From the IMG/VR virus record IMGVR_UViG_3300042922_000542, positions 1-64,000 of that record: a stretch of DNA of 64,000 nucleotides. The stretch is one strand, 5' to 3'. Shown one piece after another: positions 40,301 through 50,183 of this stretch. The first letter of the stretch is position 1. Every line of letters begins with the position of its first letter. Below the pieces are notes generated by a model. That model saw nothing but the letters and a program-made list of their open reading frames with translations, searched no databases and had not been told where the DNA came from. Made by a program: the position numbers and the translations under genes.

Positions 40301-40471
40301 TGTTAAATATGAATCCTCTTTCATCATTGCATGTATCCATAATGCAGCTTCTTTAGAAGTTTCCACCGTCTCATATTTATCAGCTTCTATTTTATTTTTT
40401 ATAGCTATAAAATTCATAATTTTTTCTATGTCTGTAAAGAGATTTTGGATAGGATTAATTAATTTTGGCAT
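37376..40471 (-). CDS. Large virion structural protein (jumbo-phage baseplate type)
   Basis: 1031 aa; YVEKNDYYRMLNGQP, YLRYLG, IDIYIARRA, DPRWW patterns. Confidence 0.55.
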   Translation of the reverse strand: MPKLINPIQNLFTDIEKIMNFIAIKNKIEADKYETVETSKEAALWIHAMMKEDSYLTYQHLYTHAMFQQITPNLKYQIIDSWLKNIYNVPLIYRDHLLEIGRSTVINNYVEKNDYYRMLNGQPPINATSKDFIYLSDNLKQLYGITTNIPVHELTDAIQNKYILTDEYNEILANNPDKEYLRYLGLYRIDIYIARRARDFQLIRYIPMDRNDVNPYLLKEFATLYNQYRDYVVRTIYNVEYIDLFENYREFISLIIVAFVLMQLCSKSVEHTSDNRFIDDTIIQTIFQMYGIPRSLIMTQEVKRKLVVSLNKLIRSKATNPVFYDLVKILKYDNITISKFMMIKQQIFGDDGQALFSDGTPINSSEDLDLLTTINPETGTPFKSLNTDIYFEAVDLKSKNTYNDMITSKSKTFNYSDVTGADPRWWELPDTQAAIKNKYYSYSDSKYIMIESMVDQTASLFESIYFLRMLVDNKNFTDTFMISVPEVFSNEKISLFDLSVFIMAAMCENNNLTGEIISSASGLLAVAGFNFELDLDLFRQFINTTKYTDKDRILGLINNLSMKSPSDINRLFNDVMIPLRDWLTYEISRTNNKDQFNEYEKIYRALFVYDAVRSVFVDNFISPVDKILAEFRLSNDDWQAFSLFYPHKPSGSAITVEEMVMYPSYFPFLGTGLGESKKWYVTTPNGDNVYFFDIINSPDLRYINNNGTLIKNPIWWNGDKVDESIVRSVIGQINALNDNELNNAYFKVTTVVPNSNRAYTIGEKLPVAIRNEIFKKILISKVRMDMNGEAQPAATYKDYIIRKNPRFEALFDKAETSRDSWMNDLMNIVIAIENELNMHLKYFEQTAVGNDMFFKPLITLIKYFKSHMIDFAGSSIRYIFADKMDAGGNSNMVKVFDAIHSLIYNITLAGRGENVEFGLYDTKHKSKYNLVISDASDIIQNGILNNGDKIINLRKYSMGSLRMIDECKFFKNGKEVDPSGQSSSWISGEVGVGRYIDDSDHTKSSYKGTDRVLYAPVDTEAWKMHVESYNP

Positions 40472-40495
40472 ATGTAAATCATTCCCTTCCTTATT

Positions 40496-41587
40496 TTAAT
40501 TTATTATCTCTACTTCGTATATGGAATCAAAAGAGTCTCTCGCAACTTTATTCTTTTGATCTATATTCTTTATCTGAAATGTTGGATTTGGATAATCCCT
40601 TATTTCTTCACCAGTGCTAGTATTTATAGTTTTATAACGATGCTTATTGTCAGCCGCATTATATTCAACAACTGTCTTTTTTGGAATATTTTCATATTTA
40701 ATATGGTTGCTAGCTTCGATTCCTTCAAAAGCAAATTTATCTGGATCGAAATCCTCAAATACCATATTACCTGATGATATCGATGAATTGACTGGAGCGG
40801 CTGCTGCTTGTGCAGTATTATTTGACTGTGGAGTCGGTGCACTAGGATAGGCGGCGCCACTACCCATGTTTGATATTATTGATGAACCCAATAATGTTAA
40901 GTCGGTTTGATCAAATCCTCCACTACCGTTACCAAGTTCTTGTTGTAGTTTTTTATCCTTCATATAAAGATCTGCAACAGTTTTCTTGATGTTAGTGATC
41001 TCTTTAATTACTGATAATGCATTAGCTCTTGAACTAATTACAGTTGCTGCTAATTCAACCGCAGTTTTATTTAATGGCATAGCATCCTTAGTATTTGGAC
41101 CTACCATTGTTTTGTATCGTCTTTGTAGATCATCAGTAAATTTGTTCTGCTCCGATACTATAGATTTTAACATATTTAATTCATTCTCAAATTCTTTAGT
41201 AAAATTTGCTTTTTTCTTCTTTTTTGATTTCTCTACCAATATCATATTTCCGGTAGAATCTTCATCGATCCACTGTTTATATTTCTTCTTATTTTTCTTA
41301 GGTTTAACATAATCTAGATCGTCCCCAGTTAGATTAACTATAACGTCTTTCCAACTATCTAATGCTCTTTCCTGTTTTTCTTTTTTAGTTAATGGACGGT
41401 CTTCATTTTCTCCATTCTCAGATGTCTTAGATTCTTGATCTCGTTCGGCTTGTTTGGCTTCTTTTAATGCACGTTTCTCTTCAGCCAACTTATTGTGTTC
41501 ATCCGCTCTATTTTTTAATATCCCTGAATAAATTTGTAATACTGATTGTTGTACATCATCAGGTGATGTTGATGTTTGTTTTTTCAT
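40496..41587 (-). CDS. Hypothetical protein with coiled coil
   Basis: 363 aa, Lys-rich and coiled-coil segments. Confidence 0.7.
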   Translation of the reverse strand: MKKQTSTSPDDVQQSVLQIYSGILKNRADEHNKLAEEKRALKEAKQAERDQESKTSENGENEDRPLTKKEKQERALDSWKDVIVNLTGDDLDYVKPKKNKKKYKQWIDEDSTGNMILVEKSKKKKKANFTKEFENELNMLKSIVSEQNKFTDDLQRRYKTMVGPNTKDAMPLNKTAVELAATVISSRANALSVIKEITNIKKTVADLYMKDKKLQQELGNGSGGFDQTDLTLLGSSIISNMGSGAAYPSAPTPQSNNTAQAAAAPVNSSISSGNMVFEDFDPDKFAFEGIEASNHIKYENIPKKTVVEYNAADNKHRYKTINTSTGEEIRDYPNPTFQIKNIDQKNKVARDSFDSIYEVEIIN

Positions 41588-41754
41588 ATTAAAACATTCC
41601 TTTCTAGGTATTTTATCATAATCTATAAAGATTTATAGTCTTAATGACATTGTTTCATAAGGTGAAATTATAATAATATTTAAATATATGAATTCAAAAC
41701 GACATTTATATATTATATAAATAAGAATAATAAATAAAGGGGACTTAAAAGATT

Positions 41755-44079
41755 ATGGCAAAGAAAAATCTCGAACAAAATATTGAACTCGAATTAAGTA
41801 ATTCGACGACATTCAATCCATTAATAAATGCATTAAGGGAGAATGATAAGAAAAATTTATTTAAATCAAATGTCGTTACTTACTTTCACAAGACGGGATT
41901 TCCACTATTTGATTATTATTTTGGATCGGTCATAAATATTCATGATGAATTGGGTGCAGTTATACGACAAGAGCCTATGATTGGTCAAGCTGCTGGAACA
42001 TTTAATTTAGTTTTAGCAAACTCTGGTGCGGGAAAGGCCCAACCATTAAGTACTCTTATACCAACACCATATGGCGTCAAACCAATGGGTAGTATAAATA
42101 AGGGGGACCGTGTATTTGGACGCAATGGTAAACCAACCAAAGTAGTTGGTGTATTTGATCAAGGTGAAAAAGATATTTATAAGATCACATTCCAAGATAA
42201 TAGAACTGCATATTGTTGTAAGGATCATCTATGGAATGTTAAAATAGGAAAGTCTGCTTATAAAACATTATCACTAGAAGAAATAATAGATATTAGAAAT
42301 GATAATCCTAATGAATATTATGGCATTCCGATGTTGAGTAAACCGGTATCATACTCAAGTAAAAAAGTCCCGGTACACCCATACGTATTAGGTACAATGA
42401 TTGCAAATAACTGTTTAGATTCAGCAACTTTAACTCTTATGAAAGATGATAGTTTTATTCCTAATAAAATAGCCGAGTTGGGTAATTTCCATGTTATACA
42501 AGCTGGATTTGATCCTACATTATTTACATTCCATGAGAAAGATAATAAAATATTCCGTATTATGACTGTTGATATATTAAAGGAACTGCCTGAGTTAATA
42601 GGTATTGATGAGGCATCAGTATATATACCTGATATTTATATGTATAATGATATTAATACTAGAATGGAATTATTAAAAGGATTGATGGATTCACTTGGAT
42701 ACATACTATACTCGAATGGCAGATACTGTGTTAGATTTGGAGCGAAATCAGAAAAATTAATGAAGCAAGTTAGAGAATTGATATGGGGATTAGGATATAG
42801 TACATCTAAGATATCTAAAGCTTTCGGAAACAATAAAGCATTTATGATGTCGATTAATATACCTCACATATTCAAAAAACAATTATTTTCTCTTCCATTA
42901 AAATTAGATTTTGCAGAGAAAGCTGCTCAGTCTCCTAGCACTAAACGTTATAATCAATTATCAATTACTAATATTGAATATAGCCATAAAGAACAGGCAA
43001 GATGTATTAAAGTTGAAAATAGTGATGGGTTATATATAACTGAAGATTACATAGTTACACATAATACAACATTAGTTGTACAAATGGCAGCAAATATCAT
43101 ACGTCAATATAGAAATAGCATTATTATTCATTATGATTGTGAAAGCAGGTTTGATATATCAAGAGGTGAAAATATATCTCAACTTCCAATTAGTGATTTT
43201 AATAATGGCACATATACATTAAAATCCGGACTTGTAACGTTAGATATTATGCAAGAATCGATAGTCGATTTATATGCCAATAAAATGAAAATGAAAGATG
43301 AATTAATGATAAAGACTGGGAGAATGAACGAATTTGGTGAGGAAATAGAGATTCTTGAGCCAACTGTTATAATAATAGATTCAATAACATCTGTTATCAA
43401 CGAATCATTCTCAGTTAATGACTCTAAAGATATGAATAAATTAGGTGGATTACGAAGCAATACAGCTGGAGCTAGAGATGCTAAAACACTTAAAGGATTC
43501 TTAAAAGATATAATTCCGTTATGTAAAGAGGCTAATATAATAATATACGCAATCAATCATATCAATGGAAATATGAGTATGAATGCATTTAGTGGACCGA
43601 CAAAACAACAGAATTTTATGAAACAGGATGAAGCAATTCCAGGCGGAAAAGTTTTAATATTTTATCCATATAATATAATTAAGATGATTGCTAAGACATC
43701 TGATGACTTTACAGAGGACAGTGATGGATTTAATGGTCATATGGTTGCATTCGAACCGGTAAAGAGTTCATCAAATCAATCAGGAAATACATCAAAAGGT
43801 GTTTCATTTGAGATGGTGTTCTCATATAAGGATGGATTCGATTCATTAAGGAGTTTAATTTTATATGGGAAGGAAAAAGGAATAATAGAAGGTAATAAGC
43901 CAAGAATGAAATTTAAGGATGATCCCTCATTCACATTTTCATTTAAAAATATACACGCCGAGAAAAATGAAAAACCAATATGGGATAATATTAAAAAATA
44001 CATAATGCCCGAATTAGAAACACATTTAAGTTTTGTTGAACCTAATGTAAAATTTGATAATAGACAATTAGATTATTAA
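41755..44079 (+). CDS. RecA/UvsX-like recombinase containing an intein
   Basis: After splicing the P-loop reads ANSGAGK|TT; HYDCE, IIIDSIT, IYAINHI, PGG motifs; mature protein about 431 aa. Confidence 0.88.
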   Translation: MAKKNLEQNIELELSNSTTFNPLINALRENDKKNLFKSNVVTYFHKTGFPLFDYYFGSVINIHDELGAVIRQEPMIGQAAGTFNLVLANSGAGKAQPLSTLIPTPYGVKPMGSINKGDRVFGRNGKPTKVVGVFDQGEKDIYKITFQDNRTAYCCKDHLWNVKIGKSAYKTLSLEEIIDIRNDNPNEYYGIPMLSKPVSYSSKKVPVHPYVLGTMIANNCLDSATLTLMKDDSFIPNKIAELGNFHVIQAGFDPTLFTFHEKDNKIFRIMTVDILKELPELIGIDEASVYIPDIYMYNDINTRMELLKGLMDSLGYILYSNGRYCVRFGAKSEKLMKQVRELIWGLGYSTSKISKAFGNNKAFMMSINIPHIFKKQLFSLPLKLDFAEKAAQSPSTKRYNQLSITNIEYSHKEQARCIKVENSDGLYITEDYIVTHNTTLVVQMAANIIRQYRNSIIIHYDCESRFDISRGENISQLPISDFNNGTYTLKSGLVTLDIMQESIVDLYANKMKMKDELMIKTGRMNEFGEEIEILEPTVIIIDSITSVINESFSVNDSKDMNKLGGLRSNTAGARDAKTLKGFLKDIIPLCKEANIIIYAINHINGNMSMNAFSGPTKQQNFMKQDEAIPGGKVLIFYPYNIIKMIAKTSDDFTEDSDGFNGHMVAFEPVKSSSNQSGNTSKGVSFEMVFSYKDGFDSLRSLILYGKEKGIIEGNKPRMKFKDDPSFTFSFKNIHAEKNEKPIWDNIKKYIMPELETHLSFVEPNVKFDNRQLDY
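42037..43065 (+). mobile_element. Class 3 intein (343 aa) with degenerate LAGLIDADG endonuclease
   Basis: Starts AQPLST, block B CCKDHLW, block F ARCIKV, ends YIVTHN with Thr at +1. Confidence 0.9.
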
Positions 44080-44089
44080 AAATATTAAG

Positions 44090-44332
44090 GTGGTAAATAT
44101 GGAAATAACATTAGCTATTAAATTTGAAGAACCTCCCGAAGACTTTCTATTCTTTAATAATATATTAAAAATACCAGAGTGCTCGAAACACCATATCCAT
44201 TATGATAGAGATAGTGTTTATAGGCATCAAGGTAATATTACATATCTATCCGGTGAGTTTTTAACAAACATAGTTAAGGTTTTTAGCGATGCCAATATGA
44301 GTATCGTCGAATTAGAATTTAAAATAAAATAA
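44090..44332 (+). CDS. Hypothetical protein
   Basis: About 80 aa, RBS AAGGTGG. Confidence 0.55.
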   Translation: MVNMEITLAIKFEEPPEDFLFFNNILKIPECSKHHIHYDRDSVYRHQGNITYLSGEFLTNIVKVFSDANMSIVELEFKIK

Positions 44333-44382
44333 AAAAAATAGACGGGTGATATTCCCGTCTATTTTAATTTAATATGAGGTGA

Positions 44383-44733
44383 TTGAGTATGGCAATTATG
44401 CATAAGGAAGAATCCGATACATTAATTAATACGGTAACATCATTAGTATCAAGTAATAATGCATGGGAAAGTGTATTAAAATTTTTCAATAATGATAAAA
44501 TAGGAAAAGGATATCTTGAAAAAGCCCGACGGGAAGTTTTTGATAATAATCAAGAATATTCTATAATGATTATAACTGCCTTGGAAGACATGAGTGAGCG
44601 TATACAGGATGCAATTGATGATGAAGATAATATGGATAACAATAAATTACGTAATGAAATATATAAACTAGAATCAGAAAATACAAAATTAAAGAAAAAA
44701 CTTTATAATATTAAAAATGCCATGTATGAATAA
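44383..44733 (+). CDS. Hypothetical protein with C-terminal coiled coil
   Basis: 116 aa, RBS GAGGTG. Confidence 0.6.
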   Translation: MSMAIMHKEESDTLINTVTSLVSSNNAWESVLKFFNNDKIGKGYLEKARREVFDNNQEYSIMIITALEDMSERIQDAIDDEDNMDNNKLRNEIYKLESENTKLKKKLYNIKNAMYE

Positions 44734-44766
44734 AAAATAAAGGAGGCAACACCTCCTTTATTTTTT
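44733..44766. terminator. Bidirectional terminator
   Basis: AAAAATAAAGGAGG-CAACA-CCTCCTTTATTTTT. Confidence 0.85.
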
Positions 44767-45351
44767 TTAATCGGAATTTGGATATGTTAATATGGCTTGA
44801 AATTCTGTGATTTTCAAATCTTCAAAAACTGCTATTCTAGGCTTGGTATAATTATACGGATCTACCTCTTTACGTTTAAATATCAAACTGACCCAAGCCT
44901 CTTCCTGAGGATCGTCTCTATTTATTATTACTTCATATCCAGTATTAGCTACTGTAAATATTTCTCTAATTCGCGATTCAATTATATCATAGTGTTTATT
45001 AATTTTTATTTTTCTTTCATTTTCAGGTTCCCCATACCACCATGCATTAGACCAATCATCAGGAAAATCTGAAAGTATAGCATCAAATTCAATGTCTGAT
45101 GGTAATGGAATAAGCACACCTTCAATTTCAGGATGATGACAACAAATTCCTCCCGTTTGATTAGAATAATAAATTCCGCTTGGGATTTTAATAATAATGT
45201 GTGAATTGTGACTACTCCATAATTGAATAATACGTTTAATATCATAAATTGGTTGCATTTCACAACCACATTTAGCACACATATGAGTGAGTAATCCTTT
45301 ATCATCTGAACTAATAAATACAGAATTACATTTGGGACATTGATATTTCAT
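44767..45351 (-). CDS. Zn-ribbon plus DUF6210-like protein
   Basis: CPKC..CAKC; SGIYYSNQTGG.CC.HPEIEG, EAWV, LTYPNSD. Confidence 0.6.
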   Translation of the reverse strand: MKYQCPKCNSVFISSDDKGLLTHMCAKCGCEMQPIYDIKRIIQLWSSHNSHIIIKIPSGIYYSNQTGGICCHHPEIEGVLIPLPSDIEFDAILSDFPDDWSNAWWYGEPENERKIKINKHYDIIESRIREIFTVANTGYEVIINRDDPQEEAWVSLIFKRKEVDPYNYTKPRIAVFEDLKITEFQAILTYPNSD

Positions 45352-45718
45352 TTAAATCACCTCCATTGATAGACTCTAATATCAATTCAATGACATCGTC
45401 TTTTTCGTTAATTGAATATTTATAATGATTATTAAATGCAGTAGATGTAAGTGTATAAATACCATCACTATATAATAGTTGATACACATATCTTGTTATA
45501 TTTTCAGATATTTGCAATCCGTCTCGAATGCCTCTAATTACGATATGTACTGGTTTTTTCTGCATGATTAATAGATATCTATGATTCTCATACCATAATG
45601 ATTCATTTATTTCATTATTCTCAGGTGGAGAACCGCATAATAAAAATTTAGATGCTTCATAAATATATTTTTTATCACTGTCTGTTAATGGTTTAAAATT
45701 ACCCATAATAAAAGTCAT
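45326..45718 (-). CDS. Hypothetical protein
   Basis: 130 aa, RBS AGGAG. Confidence 0.6.
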   Translation of the reverse strand: MTFIMGNFKPLTDSDKKYIYEASKFLLCGSPPENNEINESLWYENHRYLLIMQKKPVHIVIRGIRDGLQISENITRYVYQLLYSDGIYTLTSTAFNNHYKYSINEKDDVIELILESINGGDLNEISMSQM

Positions 45719-45736
45719 CTCCTAATACATTAATAA

Positions 45737-45772
45737 AAAATAAATAGGGGATACGTATCCCCTATTTATTTT
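45737..45772. terminator. Terminator hairpin
   Basis: AAAATAAATAGGGGATAC/GTATCCCCTATTTATTTT. Confidence 0.85.
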
Positions 45773-45786
45773 ATTTATTTAAATTT

Positions 45787-46461
45787 TTATTTCTTTAAAT
45801 CATTTTGCAGCAGCTTTCTAACTTCTGGATTTTCAGATGATTCCACTTCATTAACATGTACATACACTGTATACTCTACAGTATCTTTTGTTATCGGAAC
45901 GATATCAACTATTTCCATTCTACCATTAACTTTATTTGTAGTTGGGTCAGTTAACATATTCTTGATAACAGCATCAGGTCTAGCAGCAAATACTATCCAT
46001 GAATCTTTTGTACCAGTTTTGATTCTTCGAGGAACTGAATAATACATCATCTGTTTAATTTGGTCTTCAGTTAATCCAAATGATTCTTCCAACTGATCCA
46101 ATTTTCTGTAATCATTCAACATCGATTCTAATTCTTTTTTATCATAACTGTATTGTCTAACGATGAAATCCCAAATTTTCTTAACAAATTTTATATCACT
46201 CTCACTGTCAACCATTCTAATGATCCAGCTATTATCTTCTTTCTTTTCAATAACATCATCAGACATTGCAACCTTAAGCATTGCATATGAACGACGTGGT
46301 ACCGATTTTTTCTTCTCCCAGTAATCTACTGACATTTCAACTTTTGTTCCAGGTTGCATTGCTGCAGCCTTAGCAGCTATAAATATTTTCATTTGATCTG
46401 ATGTAATCTTATATACATCAATTTGTCCATTTGGTTGAATATTAGCTCTGTTTAAACTCAT
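45787..46461 (-). CDS. Hypothetical protein
   Basis: 224 aa, RBS AGGAGG, upstream TATATATTAT motifs. Confidence 0.75.
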   Translation of the reverse strand: MSLNRANIQPNGQIDVYKITSDQMKIFIAAKAAAMQPGTKVEMSVDYWEKKKSVPRRSYAMLKVAMSDDVIEKKEDNSWIIRMVDSESDIKFVKKIWDFIVRQYSYDKKELESMLNDYRKLDQLEESFGLTEDQIKQMMYYSVPRRIKTGTKDSWIVFAARPDAVIKNMLTDPTTNKVNGRMEIVDIVPITKDTVEYTVYVHVNEVESSENPEVRKLLQNDLKK

Positions 46462-46632
46462 GATAATTGTAATCCTCCTACGATTTTTTTGATCTTGTTA
46501 AATTCATTGTATTATTAATATTATAATAATAAATAGGTATGTATGCTATTATAATATATAACTTAGATTAAATAATAATTCATGATTAAAACCCCTTACT
46601 ATTATACTACTAATTCGATAATATATAATTAA

Positions 46633-46666
46633 TATGATAGTGTAGGGTAAACCCTACACTATCATA
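46633..46666. terminator. Terminator hairpin after the RNAP gene
   Basis: TATGATAGTGTAGGGT-AA-ACCCTACACTATCATA. Confidence 0.8.
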
Positions 46667-46670
46667 CATT

Positions 46671-49472
46671 CTATATATCTTCTATAATAGTATCTAGATT
46701 TAAATTTCCAACATTTACTGTTTGTACGTGCTTTGCTTTTAGATTTAGATTTAAGTCTGAATATGCCAGTTGTGAAACCAATAAACCTAAATATCTAGTA
46801 TCTAATTTATAGAATAGCGTTCCCGCACATTTACTACAGATCTTTTTATTGGTGCATACCATCGGTGATCTAAAATTTAACACCTTGCCAACATACCCAT
46901 TGACATTTTCGGATGTTAACATCTTTAATTGATCACCCTCAATGAAATATGAATCAACTAATTCTTTTTTGTTTCTACTACTTACAGTAATAGGTATACT
47001 TCTCTTTGTGCCGCAATCAGTACCAGGATCATCAACTTCAATCATTTGTAATAACGCAAGGAGCTGTTTACCCATATAGCCGGCACTAGCAGTTGCAATT
47101 GCACTTGGGTACGCACCAGATACTATCGAGTTTGCATGTGCTGGTATATCTTTAACATTTATACCATTCATAAAACTTGTTTCGATAAAGTCAAATTCAT
47201 TGGTAATCTTATTTAATACTGGACCTTTTAGTATAGAATTGTTTTTATAGTTATTAGCAAAATCAAGATCACCAGATAGGTATAAATCCATTCCTGGATC
47301 ATCCTTCAATATTTCCCTAGCATATGCAACTAACTCTTTCTCAATCCTATTCATTATCACAATATTTTTATCAGCGATTTCTTTTTCATATTGTTTATAT
47401 AATTCAGCTTTTCGTTTTTCAATCTCTGGTAATGGTTTAGCCATACGAATAGAAATAGTATGTGCTAACATTCCGTTTAACCAGTAACCTAAATTATCTC
47501 TTCGATTTGTATAATCATCAAACTGGGCTCTATTTATTTTATCATTCATATATAGTTGACCTATTAGTTGATCAGTAAATGATAAACCCGATTTACCCAT
47601 CTCTATATCAATAAATTTAGTTTCTGATATAACCCCAGATCCATGTAATATATACCTATTGAATATGAATCTACCCAATGTTGTAGTAAATTCACCATGA
47701 CCATCATAAAAATAATTTGCTGGCACGATCATAGTATCCCAAGTGTTATATCTAGATTGTCTTTTTACTGTATTTTTAGTATGAGATATATCTGCCGTAT
47801 CAGAAACAATATCAGCAATAAATGTACGTGTATAATCACCAACTGGTGTTTTCAGATATACATCGGTATCATATGCATTTACTTTCTTAGAATTAATTCT
47901 AATTTTAGTAAGTTCATAATATGAATTGTAAACCTCTTTAGAAACTACACGTATATTAGAACCCGTAACAGTTAATGCCGATAATTTTCTATTCATTATA
48001 ACTTCGGCTTCTCTATTAGCTTCATCTGTCCATAAACCTCTAACAGAACATTGGTCACCATCGTAGTCAGCACCTTGTCCTTCGAGATTGGAGTTTGAGT
48101 ATACCAATGTATCTATAAATTGTACACCGACCTTATCAGGATCAGTATTCATATCAATATGTGGATAGAATCGATACTCAACTCCATTGAAAATAACGTG
48201 ATCGTGTGTCTTGGTAGATTGCACTCGAACCTTATTAAAAAATAAACCTTTGTCCGTTCCAACCGGATAACGACTAATCATTATATGTCGCTTTTCACAT
48301 ACATCAACACATGCTAAATATAAAATGTCTGTAATTGTTAAAGGTCTTTTCAAATCACTATGATTATTACCAATGATTTGTTTTCCCTTTAATACCATCA
48401 TAACTTTAATCGCATCTTTTTTAGCATTTGGAGATATAGCTTCTACTATAATTGGTTTAAATCTATTATCTGGATTACGTACATAATCCAAAATCATTTT
48501 CTTAACAACCTTTTCTGAAAATTGCAATTCTGGATTTTTTAATGAAATTGAAACTTCCTTTTGCTTTTCAGGATCATAATACCTTACTAAATTTGCATCA
48601 TTAATAATTTCTCTAGTAAAAAAATTCTTGACCCATGATTCTACAAATGGATAGAACGCAGCGCAGCATTGGGCGATTGGTAATGCAGCATGATTAATGT
48701 CGACCATATTATCTTCTAATCGTTCATTATTGTAAGTAGGTGCAGATATAACTGAACGGGTTCCATATGTAATATTTTTACCCATAAGATACCGTTTTAT
48801 CATTCCATACTTACCCCTTATACGATCTTTGAAATAATTATAAACTTCACCTAATGTCTCTTGTATTCTTGCCTGGGTTGTATACTGCCTTCTTGCAAAA
48901 ATACCTCCCTCTGACAATAGACCAACCATTCTAATGATTGCGGTATAATGTTTATTTAATTGATTAATACGGTCAGAATTATCATCATCGGTTGATACAA
49001 ATACGTCCCTATAGAATGGAGGACATATAACGAGTCTTGTTATAAATATATCATCTTTATTAGTATTCTTTAAAAATGTTAATGATCTTTCATTTGATGA
49101 TGCTGATTTACTCCAATCTATTTCATCCCAATGGTCATATAATTGATGTAGTCCAGTCCATCCATTTTCATTATCTTCAACCAACATGCTATCCTTGATA
49201 CTATAACGTCTGGTTCCAGAGACAATATATATTACACCTTTAAACAATCTTTTTAAGAATGCTTCATACACATGTGGGTGGATAAATGGATTTTTTAAAT
49301 CAATATAAGCATATGTTCCCAATCTGTCACTTTTGCTTATACCAAATATTTCATTTGATAATACGCCCCCTGGATCAAATAATCCTTTATTCGAAAATAA
49401 TCTTGGAGATGTACATTCCTGAATTGCATTTACTTGAATAAATCTATTTACATCTAACAATTCCAGTTTCAT
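46671..49472 (-). CDS. Phage multisubunit DNA-directed RNA polymerase beta-prime subunit
   Basis: Start MKLELLD after GAAAGGAG (933 aa); GVLSNEIFG, K.G.IK..LMGK...GTRSVI, RYP, catalytic GADYDGDQ, DCGT, RSPMVC..ICSKCAG. Confidence 0.92.
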   Translation of the reverse strand: MKLELLDVNRFIQVNAIQECTSPRLFSNKGLFDPGGVLSNEIFGISKSDRLGTYAYIDLKNPFIHPHVYEAFLKRLFKGVIYIVSGTRRYSIKDSMLVEDNENGWTGLHQLYDHWDEIDWSKSASSNERSLTFLKNTNKDDIFITRLVICPPFYRDVFVSTDDDNSDRINQLNKHYTAIIRMVGLLSEGGIFARRQYTTQARIQETLGEVYNYFKDRIRGKYGMIKRYLMGKNITYGTRSVISAPTYNNERLEDNMVDINHAALPIAQCCAAFYPFVESWVKNFFTREIINDANLVRYYDPEKQKEVSISLKNPELQFSEKVVKKMILDYVRNPDNRFKPIIVEAISPNAKKDAIKVMMVLKGKQIIGNNHSDLKRPLTITDILYLACVDVCEKRHIMISRYPVGTDKGLFFNKVRVQSTKTHDHVIFNGVEYRFYPHIDMNTDPDKVGVQFIDTLVYSNSNLEGQGADYDGDQCSVRGLWTDEANREAEVIMNRKLSALTVTGSNIRVVSKEVYNSYYELTKIRINSKKVNAYDTDVYLKTPVGDYTRTFIADIVSDTADISHTKNTVKRQSRYNTWDTMIVPANYFYDGHGEFTTTLGRFIFNRYILHGSGVISETKFIDIEMGKSGLSFTDQLIGQLYMNDKINRAQFDDYTNRRDNLGYWLNGMLAHTISIRMAKPLPEIEKRKAELYKQYEKEIADKNIVIMNRIEKELVAYAREILKDDPGMDLYLSGDLDFANNYKNNSILKGPVLNKITNEFDFIETSFMNGINVKDIPAHANSIVSGAYPSAIATASAGYMGKQLLALLQMIEVDDPGTDCGTKRSIPITVSSRNKKELVDSYFIEGDQLKMLTSENVNGYVGKVLNFRSPMVCTNKKICSKCAGTLFYKLDTRYLGLLVSQLAYSDLNLNLKAKHVQTVNVGNLNLDTIIEDI

Positions 49473-49542
49473 AAAGTAATTAACTCCTTTCTGTATTATA
49501 TAATACGGTTTTATAATTGCGTTACTGCTATAAATGAAGTTA

Positions 49543-49574
49543 TATGTGATAGAGGGAATTCCCTCTATCACATA
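49543..49574. terminator. Perfect 32-bp palindrome (terminator-like)
   Basis: TATGTGATAGAGGGAA|TTCCCTCTATCACATA. Confidence 0.75.
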
Positions 49575-49615
49575 CACCTTATTTTGTTCTAGGAGGAACA
49601 TTTATGTCAGCAAAT

Positions 49616-50077
49616 TTAATTTGGTGATGATTTTTTCATGTCCAACAGTACTTTTTCAATCATAGAAGATATTAATTTATCAAGAGCTATTTGACCACCT
49701 AATATCTCTAAGAGATTTCCCTGCTGGAATCCTATCGGTAGGGTATCATAAATTAATTGTTTAGCCAATTCATTCAATTCGATAATTTCATCTTCAGTTA
49801 ATTTTCCATCATTAGCAGCAGCTTTATATCTTTCTGCAAATACCATGTTTGCCGAAACTGCTGTTTTTACGATAGTTTCTAATTGTGCTAATGCCTGTAA
49901 AACTATTTCATTTAAAGCAGAAATGGAGTCATTTTGATTTTTTTCAGTCATTGAAACTATTAATGCTTTGATATAGTCCTGAAATTTAATTAGCAATATT
50001 GGAACTATTGTTAAAATTAATGGGATAAGGATATTATTAACTACCAATGGTATTAGTTGTTCTAAAAATTTACCCAT
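49616..50077 (-). CDS. Holin, LL-H family-like
   Basis: N-terminal TM, then 'IVKTAVSA..DGKLTEDE..LISSMIEKVL'. Confidence 0.65.
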   Translation of the reverse strand: MGKFLEQLIPLVVNNILIPLILTIVPILLIKFQDYIKALIVSMTEKNQNDSISALNEIVLQALAQLETIVKTAVSANMVFAERYKAAANDGKLTEDEIIELNELAKQLIYDTLPIGFQQGNLLEILGGQIALDKLISSMIEKVLLDMKKSSPN

Positions 50078-50183
50078 AATTCTAAACCTCTCTTTTTGTA
50101 ATATTTTTATTTATAATATAGTGACACTTATTTTTTTGATATCTATACAAAAAAAATATATTGCAATTATATGCAATATATTT

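Noticed and set aside
10120-41660. Loose AAC(A/C)-N6-7-TTAA motif upstream of some genes (10126+, about 21260-, about 23690-, about 35415-, about 41650-) as an AR9-like late promoter
   Set aside because: Too degenerate to separate from background by eye; needs motif statistics
37869-44003. Short antisense ORFs within large genes
   Set aside because: Opposite-strand shadows lacking RBS or motifs
49473-49601. 43-aa N-terminal extension of the RNAP ORF in the track
   Set aside because: It spans a palindromic hairpin, and a strong RBS precedes ATG 49472
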